64,000 bases of DNA from Eledone cirrhosa. Its lineage: Eukaryota. Positions 34,101 through 51,439 of this stretch are shown here, in pieces; position 1 is the first letter of the stretch, and each line of letters starts with the position of its first letter. Under the pieces are notes generated by a model. It saw only the letters and a program-made list of their open reading frames with translations, searched no databases and was not told the DNA's origin. The translations under genes and the position numbers were made by a program. Location of the stretch: positions 265,918,001-265,982,000 of the forward strand of contig OZ024741.1 of the NCBI GenBank assembly GCA_964016885.1, in the 5' to 3' direction.

Positions 34101-36700
34101 CTCACACACAAACACTCTCATACACAAACACTCTCTCACACACAAACACTCTCTCACACACAAACACTATCTCACACACAAACAGTCTCACACACAAACA
34201 CTCTCTCACACACAAACACACTCTCACACCCAAACATTCTCTCACACACAAACACTCTCATACACAAACACTCTCTCACACACAAACACTTTCTCATGCA
34301 CAAACACTTTCTCACACACAAACACTCTCACACACAAACACTCTCTCTCACACAAACACTCTCTCACACACAAACACTCTCACACACAAACACTCTCTCT
34401 CACACAAACACTCTCTCACACACAAACACTCTCATACCCAAACACACTCTCACACACAAACACTCTCTCACACACAAACACTCTCTCACACACAAACACT
34501 CTCTCACACACAAACACTCTCTCACACACAAACACTCTCTCACACACAAACACTCTCATACACAAACACTCTCTCACACAAAAACACACTCTCACACACA
34601 AACACTCTCACACCCAAACATTCTCTTACACACAAACACTCTCATACACAAACACTCTCTCACACACAAACACTCTCTCACACACAAACACTCTCTCACA
34701 CATACACTCTCTCAGACACAAACACTCTCTCACACACAAACACTCTCTCACACACAAACACTCTCTCACACACAAACACTCTCATCCACAAACCCACTCT
34801 CACACCCAAACACTCTCTCACACTCAAACATTCTCTCACACACAAACACTCTCTACACACAAACACTCTCTCACACACAAACACTCTCTCACACACAAAC
34901 ACTCTCATACACAAACCCACTCTCACACCCAAACACTCTCTCAGACACAAACATTCTCTCACACACAAACACTCTCTCACACACAAACACTCTCTCACAC
35001 ACAAACACTCTCATACACAAACCCACTTTCACACACAAACACTCTCTCACACACAAACACTATCTCACACACAAACACCCTCTCACACACAAACACTCTC
35101 ATACACAAACACTCTCACACTCAAACATTCTCTCACACACAAACACTATCTCACACACAAGCACCCTCTCACACACAAACACTCTCATACACAAACACTC
35201 TCACACTCAAACATTCTCTCACACACAAACACTCTCTCACACACAAACACTCTCTCACACACAAACACTCTCATACACAAACACTCTCACACCCAAACAT
35301 TCTCTCACACACAAACACTCTCTCAAACACAAACACTCTCATACACAAACACTCTCTCACACACAAACACTCTCTCACACACAAACACTCTCATACACAA
35401 ACACTCTCTCACACACAAACACTCTCTCACTCACAAACACTCTCATACACAAACACTTTCTCACACACAAAAACTCTCTCACACACAAACACTCTCTCAC
35501 ACACAAACACTCTCACACACAAACACTTTCTCACACACAAAAACTCTCTCACACTCAAACACTCTGTCACACACAAACACACTCTCATACACAAACACTC
35601 TCTCACACACAAACACTCTCATACACAAACACACTCTCAAACCCAAACACTCTCTCACACACAAACACTCTCTCACACACAAACACACTCTCACACACAA
35701 ACACTCTCTCACACACAAACACTTTCTCACACACAAACACACTCTCACACACAAACACTCTATCACACACAAACACTCTCATACACAAACACTCTCTCAC
35801 ACACAAACACTCTCTCACACACAAACACTCTCATACACAAACACTTTCTCACACACAAAAACTCTCTCACACACAAACACTTTCTCACACACAAACACAC
35901 TCTCACACACAAACACTCTCTCACACACAAACACTCTCATACACAAACACACTCTCATACACAAACACTCTCTCACACACAAACACTCTCATACACAAAC
36001 ACACTCTCAAACCCAAACACTCTCTCCCACACAAACACTCTCTCACACACAAACACACTCTCACACACAAACACTCTCTCACACACAAACACTCTCATAC
36101 ACAAACACTCTCTCACACACAAACACTCTCTCACACACAAACACTCTCATACACAAACACTTTCTCACACACAAAAACTCTCTCACACAGAAACACTTTC
36201 TCACACACAAACACACTCTCACACACAAACACTCTCTCACACACAAAAACTGTCTCACACACAAACACTCTGTCACACACAAACACACTCTCATACACAA
36301 ACACTCTCTCACACAAAAACACTCTCATACACAAACACACTCTCAAACCCAAACGCTCTCTCACACACAAACACTCTCTCACACACAAACACTCTCATAC
36401 ACAAACACTTTCTCGCACACAAAAACTCTCTCACACACAAACACTTTCTCACACACAATCACACTCTCACACACAAACACTCTCACACACAAACACTCTG
36501 TCACACACAAACACTCTCTCACACACAAACACTCTCATACACGAACACACTCTCACACCCAAACACTCACATACACAAACACACTCACACACACACACTC
36601 TCTCACAAACAAACATTCTCATACACGAACACACTCTCACACCCAAACACTCTCATACACAAACACTCTCACACACAAACACTCTCTCACACACAAACAC
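31200..36700 (+). repeat. ~2.7-3.0 kb higher-order duplication with internal indels
   Basis: CCCAAGCATT 31251->33945 and CATGCAC 31601->34295 (+2694); CAAGCACC 32253->35158 (+2905); AACGCTCT 33501->36352 (+2851). Confidence 0.88.
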
Positions 36701-36959
36701 TCTCATACACAAACACACTCTCACACCCAAACACTCTCATACACAAACACTCTCTCACACACAAACACTCTCATACACAAACACACTCTCACACCCAAAC
36801 ACTCTCATACACAAACACTCTCTCACACACAAACACTCTCGTACACAAACACTCTCTCACACAAACACTCTCTCACACACAAACACTCTCTCACACACAA
36901 ACACTTTCTCACACACAAACACACTCTCACACACAAACACTCTCTCACACAGAAACACT

Positions 36960-39900
36960 CTCTCACACACAAACACTCTCTCACACACAAACACTCTCAC
37001 ACACAAACACACTCTCACTCCCAAACACTCTCTCACACACAGACACTCTCTCATACACAAACACTCTCTCACACACAAACACTGTCTCACACACAAACAC
37101 TCTCATACACAAACACTCTCTCATACACAAACACTCACTCACACACAAATACTCTCTCACACACAAACACTCTCTCACACACAAATACTCTCTCACACCG
37201 GAACACTCTCTCACACCCTAACACTCTCTCACACACAAACACTCTCTCACACACAAACACTCTCTCATACACAAACACTCTCTCACACACAAAGACACTC
37301 ACACACAAACACCCTCTCACACACAAACACTCTCTCACACACAAACTCTCTCTACACACAAATACTCTCTCACACACAAACACTCTCTCACACACAAACA
37401 CTCTCTCACACACAAACTCTCTCTACACACAAATACTCTCTCACACACAAACACTCTCTCACACACAAACACTCTCTCACACACAAACACTCTCTCACAC
37501 AAACACACTCTCACACCCAAACATTCTCTCACACACAAACACTCTCATACACAAACACTCTCTCACACACAAACACTCTCTCACACACAAACACTTTCTC
37601 ACACACAAACACTCTCTCACACACAAACACTTTCTCACACACAAACACTCTCACACACAAACACTCTCTCACACACAAAAACTATCTCACACACAAACAG
37701 TCTCACACACAAACACTCTCTCACACACAAACACACTCTCACACCCAAACATTCTCTCACACACAAACACTCTCTCACACACAAACACACTCTCACACCC
37801 AAACATTCTCTCACACACAAACACTCTCTCACACACAAACACTTTCTCACGCACAAACACTTTCTCATGCACAAACAATCTCTCACACAGAAACACTTTC
37901 TCATACACAAACAATCTCTCACACACAAACACTCTCTCACACACAAACACTCTCACACACACAAACACTCTCACACACAAACACTCTCATACACAAACAC
38001 TCTCTCACTCACAAACACTCTCTCACACACAAACACTTTCTCACACACAAACACTCTCATACACAAACACTCTCTCACACACAAACACTTTCTCACGCAC
38101 AAACACTTTCTCACACACAAACACTCTCACACACAAACACTCTCTCTCACACAAACACTCTCTCGCACACAAACACACTCTCACACACAAACACTCTCAC
38201 ACACAAACACACTCTCACACCCAAACACTCTCTCACACACAGACACTCTCTCATACACAAACACTCTCTCGCACACAAACACTCTCTCACACACAAACAC
38301 TCTCATACACAAACACTCTCTCATACACAAACACTCTCTCACACACAAATACTCTCTCACACACAAACACTCTCTCACACACAAATACTCTCTCACACCG
38401 GAACACTCTCTCACACCCAAACACTCTCTCACACACAAACACTCTCTCACACACAAACACTCTCTCATACACAAACACTCTCACACACCCAAACACTCTC
38501 TCACACACAAACACTCTCTCACACACAAACACACTCTCACACACAAACACTCTCACACAAACACTCTCACACAGACAAACACACTCTCACACACAAACAC
38601 TCTCTCACACGCAAACACTCTCTCACAAACAAACACTCTCTCATACACAAACACTCTCTCACACACAAAGACACTCACACACAAACACCCTCTCACACAC
38701 AAACACTCTCTCACACACAAACTCTCTCTACACACAAATACTCTCTCACACACAAACACTCTCTCACACACAAACACTCTCTCACACACAAACACTCTCA
38801 CACACAAACACTCTCTCACACACAAACACTCTCTCACACAAACACACTCTCACACCCAAAAATTCTCTCACACACAAACACTCTCATACACAAACACTCT
38901 CTCACACACAAACACTCTCTCACACACAAACACTTTCTCACACACAAACACTCTCTCACACACAAACACTCTCACACACAAACACTCTCTCACACACAAA
39001 CACTCTCATACACAAACACTCTCTCACACACAAACACTCTCTCACACACAAACAGTCTCACACACAAACACTCTCTCACACACAAACACTCTCTCACACA
39101 CAAACACTATCTCACACACAAACAGTCTCACACACAAACACTCTCTCACACACAAACACACTCTCACACCCAAACATTCTCTCACACACAAACACTCTCA
39201 CACACAAACACTTTCTCACGCACAAACACTTTCTCATACACAAACAATCTCTCACACAGAAACACTTTCTCATACACAAACAATCTCTCACACACAAACA
39301 CTCTCTCACACACAAACACTCTCACACACACAAACACTCTCACACACAAACACTCTCATTCACAAACACTCTCTCACACACAAACACTCTCTCACACACA
39401 AACACTTTCTCACACACAAACACTCTCATACACAAACACTCTCTCACACACAAACACACTCTCACTCCCAAACACTCTCTCACACACAGACACTCTCTCA
39501 TACACAAACACTCTCTCACACACAAACACTGTCTCACACACAAACACTCTCATACACAAACACTCTCTCATACACAAACACTCACTCACACACAAATACT
39601 CTCTCACACACAAACACTCTCTCACACACAAATACTCTCTCACACCGGAACACTCTCTCACACCCTAACACTCTCTCACACACAAACACTCTCTCACACA
39701 CAAACACTCTCTCATACACAAACACTCTCTCACACCCAAACACTCTCTCACACACAAACACTCTCTCACACACAAACACACTCTCACACACAAACACTCT
39801 CACACACACAAACACACTCTCACACACAAACACTCTCACACACACAAACACACTCTCATACACAAACACTCTCTCACACACAAACACACTCTCACACACA

Positions 39901-42900
39901 AACACCCTCTCACACACAAACACTCTCACACAGACAAACACACTCTCACACACAAACACTCTCTCACACACAAACACTCTCTCACACACAAACACTCTCT
40001 CATACACAAACACTCTCTCACACACAAAGACACTCACACACAAACACCCTCTCACACACAAACACTCTCTCACACACAAACTCTCTCTACACACAAATAC
40101 TCTCTCACACACAAACACTCTCTCACACACAAACACTCTCTCACACACAAACTCTCTCTACACACAAATACTCTCTCACACACAAACACTCTCTCACACA
40201 CAAACACTCTCTCACACACAAACACTCTCTCACACAAACACACTCTCACACCCAAACATTCTCTCACACACAAACACTCTCATACACAAACACTCTCTCA
40301 CACACAAACACTCTCTCACACACAAACACTTTCTCACACACAAACACTCTCTCACACACAAACACTTTCTCACACACAAACACTCTCACACACAAACACT
40401 CTCTCACACACAAAAACTATCTCACACACAAACAGTCTCACACACAAACACTCTCTCACACACAAACACACTCTCACACCCAAACATTCTCTCACACACA
40501 AACACTCTCTCACACACAAACACACTCTCACACCCAAACATTCTCTCACACACAAACACTCTCTCACACACAAACACTTTCTCACGCACAAACACTTTCT
40601 CATGCACAAACAATCTCTCACACAGAAACACTTTCTCATACACAAACAATCTCTCACACACAAACACTCTCTCACACACAAACACTCTCACACACACAAA
40701 CACTCTCACACACAAACACTCTCATACACAAACACTCTCTCACTCACAAACACTCTCTCACACACAAACACTTTCTCACACACAAACACTCTCATACACA
40801 AACACTCTCTCACACACAAACACTTTCTCACGCACAAACACTTTCTCACACACAAACACTCTCACACACAAACACTCTCTCTCACACAAACACTCTCTCG
40901 CACACAAACACACTCTCACACACAAACACTCTCACACACAAACACACTCTCACACCCAAACACTCTCTCACACGCAAACACTCTCTCACACACAAACACT
41001 CTCTCATACACAAACACTCTCTCACACACAAAGACACTCACACACAAACACCCTCTCACACACAAACACTCTCTCACACACAAACTCTCTCTACACACAA
41101 ATACTCTCTCACACACAAACACTCTCTCACACACAAACACTCTCTCACACACAAACACTCTCACACACAAACACTCTCTCACACACAAACACTCTCTCAC
41201 ACAAACACACTCTCACACCCAAAAATTCTCTCACACACAAACACTCTCATACACAAACACTCTCTCACACACAAACACTCTCTCACACACAAACACTTTC
41301 TCACACACAAACACTCTCTCACACACAAACACTCTCACACACAAACACTCTCTCACACACAAACACTCTCATACACAAACACTCTCTCACACACAAACAC
41401 TCTCTCACACACAAACAGTCTCACACACAAACACTCTCTCACACACAAACACTCTCTCACACACAAACACTATCTCACACACAAACAGTCTCACACACAA
41501 ACACTCTCTCACACACAAACACACTCTCACACCCAAACATTCTCTCACACACAAACACTCTCACACACAAACACTTTCTCACGCACAAACACTTTCTCAT
41601 ACACAAACAATCTCTCACACAGAAACACTTTCTCATACACAAACAATCTCTCACACACAAACACTCTCTCACACACAAACACTCTCACACACACAAACAC
41701 TCTCACACACAAACACTCTCATTCACAAACACTCTCTCACACACAAACACTCTCTCACACACAAACACTTTCTCACACACAAACACTCTCATACACAAAC
41801 ACTCTCTCACACACAAACACACTCTCACTCCCAAACACTCTCTCACACACAGACACTCTCTCATACACAAACACTCTCTCACACACAAACACTGTCTCAC
41901 ACACAAACACTCTCATACACAAACACTCTCTCATACACAAACACTCACTCACACACAAATACTCTCTCACACACAAACACTCTCTCACACACAAATACTC
42001 TCTCACACCGGAACACTCTCTCACACCCTAACACTCTCTCACACACAAACACTCTCTCACACACAAACACTCTCTCATACACAAACACTCTCTCACACCC
42101 AAACACTCTCTCACACACAAACACTCTCTCACACACAAACACACTCTCACACACAAACACTCTCACACACACAAACACACTCTCACACACAAACACTCTC
42201 ACACACACAAACACACTCTCATACACAAACACTCTCTCACACACAAACACACTCTCACACACAAACACCCTCTCACACACAAACACTCTCACACAGACAA
42301 ACACACTCTCACACACAAACACTCTCTCACACACAAACACTCTCTCACACACAAACACTCTCTCATACACAAACACTCTCTCACACACAAAGACACTCAC
42401 ACACAAACACCCTCTCACACACAAACACTCTCTCACACACAAACTCTCTCTACACACAAATACTCTCTCACACACAAACACTCTCTCACACACAAACACT
42501 CTCTCACACACAAACTCTCTCTACACACAAATACTCTCTCACACACAAACGCTCTCTCACACACAAACACTCTCTCACACACAAACACTCTCTCACACAA
42601 ACACACTCTCACACCCAAACATTCTCTCACACACAAACACTCTCATACACAAACACTCTCTCACACACAAACACTCTCTCACACACAAACACTTTCTCAC
42701 ACACAAACACTCTCTCACACACAAACACATTCTCACACACAAACACTCTCACACACAAACACTCTCTCACACACAAAAACTATCTCACACACAAACAGTC
42801 TCACACACAAACACTCTCTCACACACAAACACACTCTCACACCCAAACATTCTCTCACACACAAACACTCTCTCACACACAAACACACTCTCACACCCAA

Positions 42901-45900
42901 ACATTCTCTCACACACAAACACTCTCTCACACACAAACACTTTCTCACGCACAAACACTTTCTCATGCACAAACAATCTCTCACACAGAAACACTTTCTC
43001 ATACACAAACAATCTCTCACACACAAACACTCTCTCACACACAAACACTCTCACACACACAAACACTCTCACACACAAACACTCTCATACACAAACACTC
43101 TCTCACTCACAAACACTCTCTCACACACAAACACTTTCTCACACACAAACACTCTCATACACAAACACTCTCTCACACACAAACACTTTCTCACGCACAA
43201 ACACTTTCTCACACACAAACACTCTCACACACAAACACTCTCTCTCACACAAACACTCTCTCGCACACAAACACACTCTCACACACAAACACTCTCACAC
43301 ACAAACACACTCTCACACCCAAACACTCTCTCACACACAGACACTCTCTCATACACAAACACTCTCTCGCACACAAACACTCTCTCACACACAAACACTC
43401 TCATACACAAACACTCTCTCATACACAAACACTCTCTCACACACAAATACTCTCTCACACACAAACACTCTCTCACACACAAATACTCTCTCACACCGGA
43501 ACACTCTCTCACACCCAAACACTCTCTCACACACAAACACTCTCTCACACACAAACACTCTCTCATACACAAACACTCTCACACACCCAAACACTCTCTC
43601 ACACACAAACACTCTCTCACACACAAACACACTCTCACACACAAACACTCTCACACACACAAACACACTCTCACACACAAACACTCTCACACATACAAAC
43701 ACTCTCTCACACACAAACACTCTCTCACACACAAACACACTCTCACACACAAACACCCTCTCACACACAAACACTCTCACACAGACAAACACACTCTCAC
43801 ACACAAACACTCTCTCACACGCAAACACTCTCTCACACACAAACACTCTCTCATACACAAACACTCTCTCACACACAAAGACACTCACACACAAACACCC
43901 TCTCACACACAAACACTCTCATACACAAACACTCTCTCACACACAAACACTCTCTCACACACAAACAGTCTCACACACAAACACTCTCTCACACACAAAC
44001 ACTCTCTCACACACAAACACTATCTCACACACAAACAGTCTCACACACAAACACTCTCTCACACACAAACACACTCTCACACCCAAACATTCTCTCACAC
44101 ACAAACACTCTCACACACAAACACTTTCTCACGCACAAACACTTTCTCATACACAAACAATCTCTCACACAGAAACACTTTCTCATACACAAACAATCTC
44201 TCACACACAAACACTCTCTCACACACAAACACTCTCACACACACAAACACTCTCACACACAAACACTCTCATTCACAAACACTCTCTCACACACAAACAC
44301 TCTCTCACACACAAACTCTCTCTACACACAAATACTCTCTCACACACAAACACTCTCTCACACACAAACACTCTCTCACACACAAACACTCTCTCACACA
44401 AACACACTCTCACACCCAAAAATTCTCTCACACACAAACACTCTCATACACAAACACTCTCTCACACACAAACACTTTCTCACACACAAACACTCTCATA
44501 CACAAACACTCTCTCACACACAAACACTTTCTCACGCACAAACACTTTCTCACACACAAACACTCTCACACACAAACACTCTCTCTCACACAAACACTCT
44601 CTCGCACACAAACACACTCTCACACACAAACACTCTCACACACAAACACACTCTCACACCCAAACACTCTCTCACACACAGACACTCTCTCATACACAAA
44701 CACTCTCTCGCACACAAACACTCTCTCACACACAAACACTCTCATACACAAACACTCTCTCATACACAAACACTCTCTCACACACAAATACTCTCTCACA
44801 CACAAACACTCTCTCACACACAAATACTCTCTCACACCGGAACACTCTCTCACACCCAAACACTCTCTCACACACAAACACTCTCTCACACACAAACACT
44901 CTCTCATACACAAACACTCTCACACACCCAAACACTCTCTCACACACAAACACTCTCTCACACACAAACACACTCTCACACACAAACACTCTCACACACA
45001 CAAACACACTCTCACAAACAAACACTCTCACACATACAAACACTCTCTCACACACAAACACTCTCTCACACACAAACACACTCTCACACACAAACACCCT
45101 CTCACACACAAACACTCTCACACAGACAAACACACTCTCACACACAAACACTCTCTCACACGCAAACACTCTCTCACACACAAACACTCTCTCATACACA
45201 AACACTCTCTCACACACAAAGACACTCACACACAAACACCCTCTCACACACAAACACTCTCTCACACACAAACTCTCTCTACACACAAATACTCTCTCAC
45301 ACACAAACACTCTCTCACACACAAACACTCTCTCACACACAAACACTCTCACACACAAACACTCTCTCACACACAAACACTCTCTCACACAAACACACTC
45401 TCACACCCAAAAATTCTCTCACACACAAACACTCTCATACACAAACACTCTCTCACACACAAACACTCTCTCACACACAAACACTTTCTCACACACAAAC
45501 ACTCTCTCACACACAAACACTCTCACACACAAACACTCTCTCACACACAAACACTCTCATACACAAACACTCTCTCACACACAAACACTCTCTCACACAC
45601 AAACAGTCTCACACACAAACACTCTCTCACACACAAACACTCTCTCACACACAAACACTATCTCACACACAAACAGTCTCACACACAAACACTCTCTCAC
45701 ACACAAACACACTCTCACACCCAAACATTCTCTCACACACAAACACTCTCACACACAAACACTTTCTCACGCACAAACACTTTCTCATACACAAACAATC
45801 TCTCACACAGAAACACTTTCTCATACACAAACAATCTCTCACACACAAACACTCTCTCACACACAAACACTCTCACACACACAAACACTCTCACACACAA

Positions 45901-48900
45901 ACACTCTCATTCACAAACACTCTCTCACACACAAACACTCTCTCACACACAAAAACTTTCTCACACACAAACACTCTCATACACAAACACTCTCTCACAC
46001 ACAAACACTTCCTCACGCACAAACACTTTCTCACACACAAACACTCTCACACACAAACACTCTCTCTCACACAAACACTCTCTCACACACAAACACTCTC
46101 ACACACAAACACTCTCTCTCACACAAACACTCTCTCACACACAAGCACTCTCATACCCAAACAATCTCTCACGCACAAACACTCTCTCACACACAAACAC
46201 TCTCTCACACACAAACACTCTCTCACACACAAACACTCTCATAGACAAACACTCTCTCACACACAAACACTCTCTCACACACAAACACTCAGACACACAA
46301 ACACTCTCTCTCACACAAATATTCTCTCACACACAAACACTCTCATACACAAACCCTCTCTCACACACAAACACTTTCTCACACACAAACACTATCTCAC
46401 ACACAAACACTCTCTCACACACACACTCTCTCCAATACAAACACTCTCTCACACACAAACACTCTCTCACACACAAACACTCTCTCACACACAAACACTC
46501 TCATACACAAACCCACTCTCACACACAAACACTCTCTCACACTCAAACATTCTCTCACACACAAACACTCTCTACACACAAACACTCTCTCACACACAAA
46601 CACTCTCTCACACACAAACACTCTCATACACAAACCCACTCTCGCACCCAAACACTCTCTCAGACACAAACATTCTCTCACACACAAACACTCTCTCACA
46701 CACAAACACTCTCTCACACACAAACACTCTCATACACAAACCCACTTTCACACACAAACACTCTCTCACACACAAACACACTCTCACACACAAAAACTCT
46801 CATACACAAACCCACTCTCACACCCAAACACTCTTTCACACACAAACACTCTCTCCCACACAAACACTCTCATACACAAACCCACTCTCACACCCAAACT
46901 CTCTCTCACACCCAAACACTCTCTCACACACAAACACTCTCTGATACACAAACACTCTCTCACACACAAACACTCTCATACACAAACACACTCTCACACC
47001 CAAACAATCTCTCACACACAAACACTCTCTCACACACAAACACGCTCTCATACACAAACACACTCTCACACACAAACACTCTCTCACACACAAACACTCT
47101 CATACACAAACACTCTCTCATACACAAACACTCTCTCACACACAAACACTCTCTCACACACAAATACTCTCTCACACACAAACACTCTGTCACACACAAA
47201 CACCCTCTACCACACACAAACACTCTCTCACACACAAATACTCTCTCACATAAAAACACTCTCTCACACACAAACACCCTCTCTCACACAAACACTCTCT
47301 CACACCCAAACACTCTCTCACACACAAATACTCTCTCACATACAAACACTCTCTCACACACAAACACACTCTCACACCCAAACATTCTCTCACACACAAA
47401 CACTCTCTCACACACAAACACACTCTCACACCCAAACATTCTCTCACACACAAACACTCTCTCACACACAAACACTTTCTCACGCACAAACACTTTCTCA
47501 TGCACAAACAATCTCTCACACAGAAACACTTTCTCATACACAAACAATCTCTCACACACAAACACTCTCTCACACACAAACACTCTCACACACACAAACA
47601 CTCTCACACACAAACACTCTCATACACAAACACTCTCTCACTCACAAACACTCTCTCACACACAAACACTTTCTCACACACAAACACTCTCATACACAAA
47701 CACTCTCTCACACACAAACACTTTCTCACGCACAAACACTTTCTCACACACAAACACTCTCACACACAAACACTCTCTCTCACACAAACACTCTCTCGCA
47801 CACAAACACACTCTCACACACAAACACTCTCACACACAAACACACTCTCACACCCAAACACTCTCTCACACACAGACACTCTCTCATACACAAACACTCT
47901 CTCGCACACAAACACTCTCTCACACACAAACACTCTCATACACAAACACTCTCTCATACACAAACACTCTCTCACACACAAATACTCTCTCACACACAAA
48001 CACTCTCTCACACACAAATACTCTCTCACACCGGAACACTCTCTCACACCCAAACACTCTCTCACACACAAACACTCTCTCACACACAAACACTCTCTCA
48101 TACACAAACACTCTCACACACCCAAACACTCTCTCACACACAAACACTCTCTCACACACAAACACACTCTCACACACAAACACTCTCACACACACAAACA
48201 CACTCTCACACACAAACACTCTCACACACACAAACACTCTCTCGCACACAAACACACTCTCACACACAAACACCCTCTCACACACAAACACTCTCACACA
48301 GACAAACACACTCTCACACACAAACACTCTCTCACACGCAAACACTCTCTCACACACAAACACTCTCTCATACACAAACACTCTCTCACACACAAAGACA
48401 CTCACACACAAACACCCTCTCACACACAAACACTCTCTCACACACAAACTCTCTCTACACACAAATACTCTCTCACACACAAACACTCTCTCACACACAA
48501 ACACTCTCTCACACACAAACACTCTCACACACAAACACTCTCTCACACACAAACACTCTCTCACACAAACACACTCTCACACCCAAAAATTCTCTCACAC
48601 ACAAACACTCTCATACACAAACACTCTCTCACACACAAACACTCTCTCACACACAAACACTTTCTCACACACAAACACTCTCTCACACACAAACACTCTC
48701 ACACACAAACACTCTCTCACACACAAACACTCTCATACACAAACACTCTCTCACACACAAACACTCTCTCACACACAAACAGTCTCACACACAAACACTC
48801 TCTCACACACAAACACTCTCTCACACACAAACACTATCTCACACACAAACAGTCTCACACACAAACACTCTCTCACACACAAACACACTCTCACACCCAA

Positions 48901-50560
48901 ACATTCTCTCACACACAAACACTCTCACACACAAACACTTTCTCACGCACAAACACTTTCTCATACACAAACAATCTCTCACACAGAAACACTTTCTCAT
49001 ACACAAACAATCTCTCACACACAAACACTCTCTCACACACAAACACTCTCACACACACAAACACTCTCACACACAAACACTCTCATTCACAAACACTCTC
49101 TCACACACAAACACTCCCTCACACACAAACACTTTCTCACACACAAACACTCTCATACACAAACACTCTCTCACACACAAACACTTCCTCACGCACAAAC
49201 ACTTTCTCACACACAAACACTCTCACACACAAACACTCTCTCTCACACAAACACTCTCTCACACACAAACACTCTCACACACAAACACTCTCTCTCACAC
49301 AAACACTCTCTCACACACAAGCACTCTCATACCCAAACACACTCTCACGCACAAACACTCTCTCACACACAAACACTCTCTCACACACAAACACTCTCTC
49401 ACACACAAACACTCTCATAGACAAACACTCTCTCACACACAAACACTCTCTCACACACAAACACTCAGACACACAAACACTCTCTCTCACACAAACATTC
49501 TCTCACACACAAACACTCTCATACACAAACCCTCTCTCACACACAAACACTTTCTCACACACAAACACTATCTCACACACAAACACTCTCTCACACACAC
49601 ACTCTCTCCAACACAAACACTCTCTCACACACAAACACTCTCTCACACACAAACACTCTCTCACACACAAACACTCTCATACACAAACCCACTCTCACAC
49701 ACAAACACTCTCTCACACTCAAACATTCTCTCACACACAAACACTCTCTACACACAAACACTCTCTCACACACAAACACTCTCTCACACACAAACACTCT
49801 CATACACAAACCCACTCTCGCACCCAAACACTCTCTCAGACACAAACATTCTCTCACACACAAACACTCTCTCACACACAAACACTCTCTCACACACAAA
49901 CACTCTCATACACAAACCCACTTTCACACACAAACACTCTCTCACACACAAACACACTCTCACACACAAAAACTCTCATACACAAACCCACTCTCACACC
50001 CAAACACTCTTTCACACACAAACACTCTCTCCCACACAAACACTCTCATACACAAACCCACTCTCACACCCAAACACTCTCTCACACCCAAACACTCTCT
50101 CACACACAAACACTCTCTGATACACAAACACTCTCTCACACACAAACACTCTCTCACACACAAACACTCTCATACACAAACACACTCTCACACCCAAACA
50201 ATCTCTCACACACAAACACTCTCTCACACACAAACACGCTCTCATACACAAACACACTCTCACACACAAACACTCTCTCACACACAAACACTCTCATACA
50301 CAAACACTCTCTCATACACAAACACTCTCTCACACACAAACACTCTCTCACACACAAATACTCTCTCACACACAAACACTCTGTCACACACAAACACCCT
50401 CTACCACACACAAACACTCTCTCACACACAAATACTCTCTCACATAAAACACTCTCTCACACACAAACACCCTCTCTCACACAAACACTCTCTCACACCC
50501 AAACACTCTCTCACACACAAATACTCTCTCACATACAAACACTCTCTCACACACAAACAC
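36960..50560 (+). repeat. Highly homogeneous higher-order repeat zone; near-identical blocks at offsets 2735, 2363, 1341 and 3176/3194
   Basis: CATGCACAAACAATC at 37866/40601/42964/47499; CCCAAAAATTCTC at 38855/41218/44415/45406/48582; CCGG 39645->42008 (+2363), 43496->44837 (+1341), 44837->48031 (+3194); ATAGAC 46241->49417 (+3176). Many ORF translations are identical between copies. Confidence 0.92.
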
Positions 50561-51439
50561 TCTCTCTCACACAAACACTCTCTCACACACAAACACTCTC
50601 TCACACACAAATACTCTCTCACACACAAACACTCTCACACACAAACACTCTCTCACACACAAACACACTCTCACACACAAACACTCTCACACACACAAAC
50701 ACTCTCTCACACACAAACACTCTCTCACACACAAATACCTTCTCATACACAAACACTCTCTCATACACAAACACACTCACACACAAACACCCTCTCACAC
50801 ACAAACACTCTCTCACACACAAACACTCTCTACACACAAACACTCTCTCACACACAACCACTCTCTCACATACAAACACTCTCTCACACACAAACACTCT
50901 CTCACACACAAACACTCTCTCACATACAAACACTCTCTCACACACACAAACACTCTCTCACAAACAAACACTCTCTCACACAAACACTCTTTCACACACA
51001 AAGGCTCTCTCACACACAAACACTCTCTCACACAAAGACTCTCTCACACACAAACTCTCTCATACACAAACACTCTCACACACACAATCACTCTCATACA
51101 CAAACACTCTCACACACAAACATTCTATCACACACAAACACTCTCTCACACACAAACACTCTCTCACACACAACCACTCTCTCACATACAAACACTCTCT
51201 CACACACAAACACTCTCTCACATACAAACACTCTCTCACACACAAACACTCTCTCACACACAAAAACTCTCTCACACACAAACACTCTCTCACACTCAAA
51301 CACTCTCTCACACACAAACACTATCTCACACACAAACACTCTCTCACACACAAACACTCTCATACACAAACACTCTCACACTCAAACATTCTCTCACTCA
51401 CAAACACTCTCTCACACACAAACACTCTCTCACACACAA

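Noticed and set aside
37215-42035. CCCTAA hexamers (~37216, 39663, 42026) as telomeric repeat
   Set aside because: They are isolated single copies produced by one substitution in the CACCCAAAC variant and then duplicated. There is no (CCCTAA)n tract, although the array's C-rich/G-rich asymmetry is superficially telomere-like.
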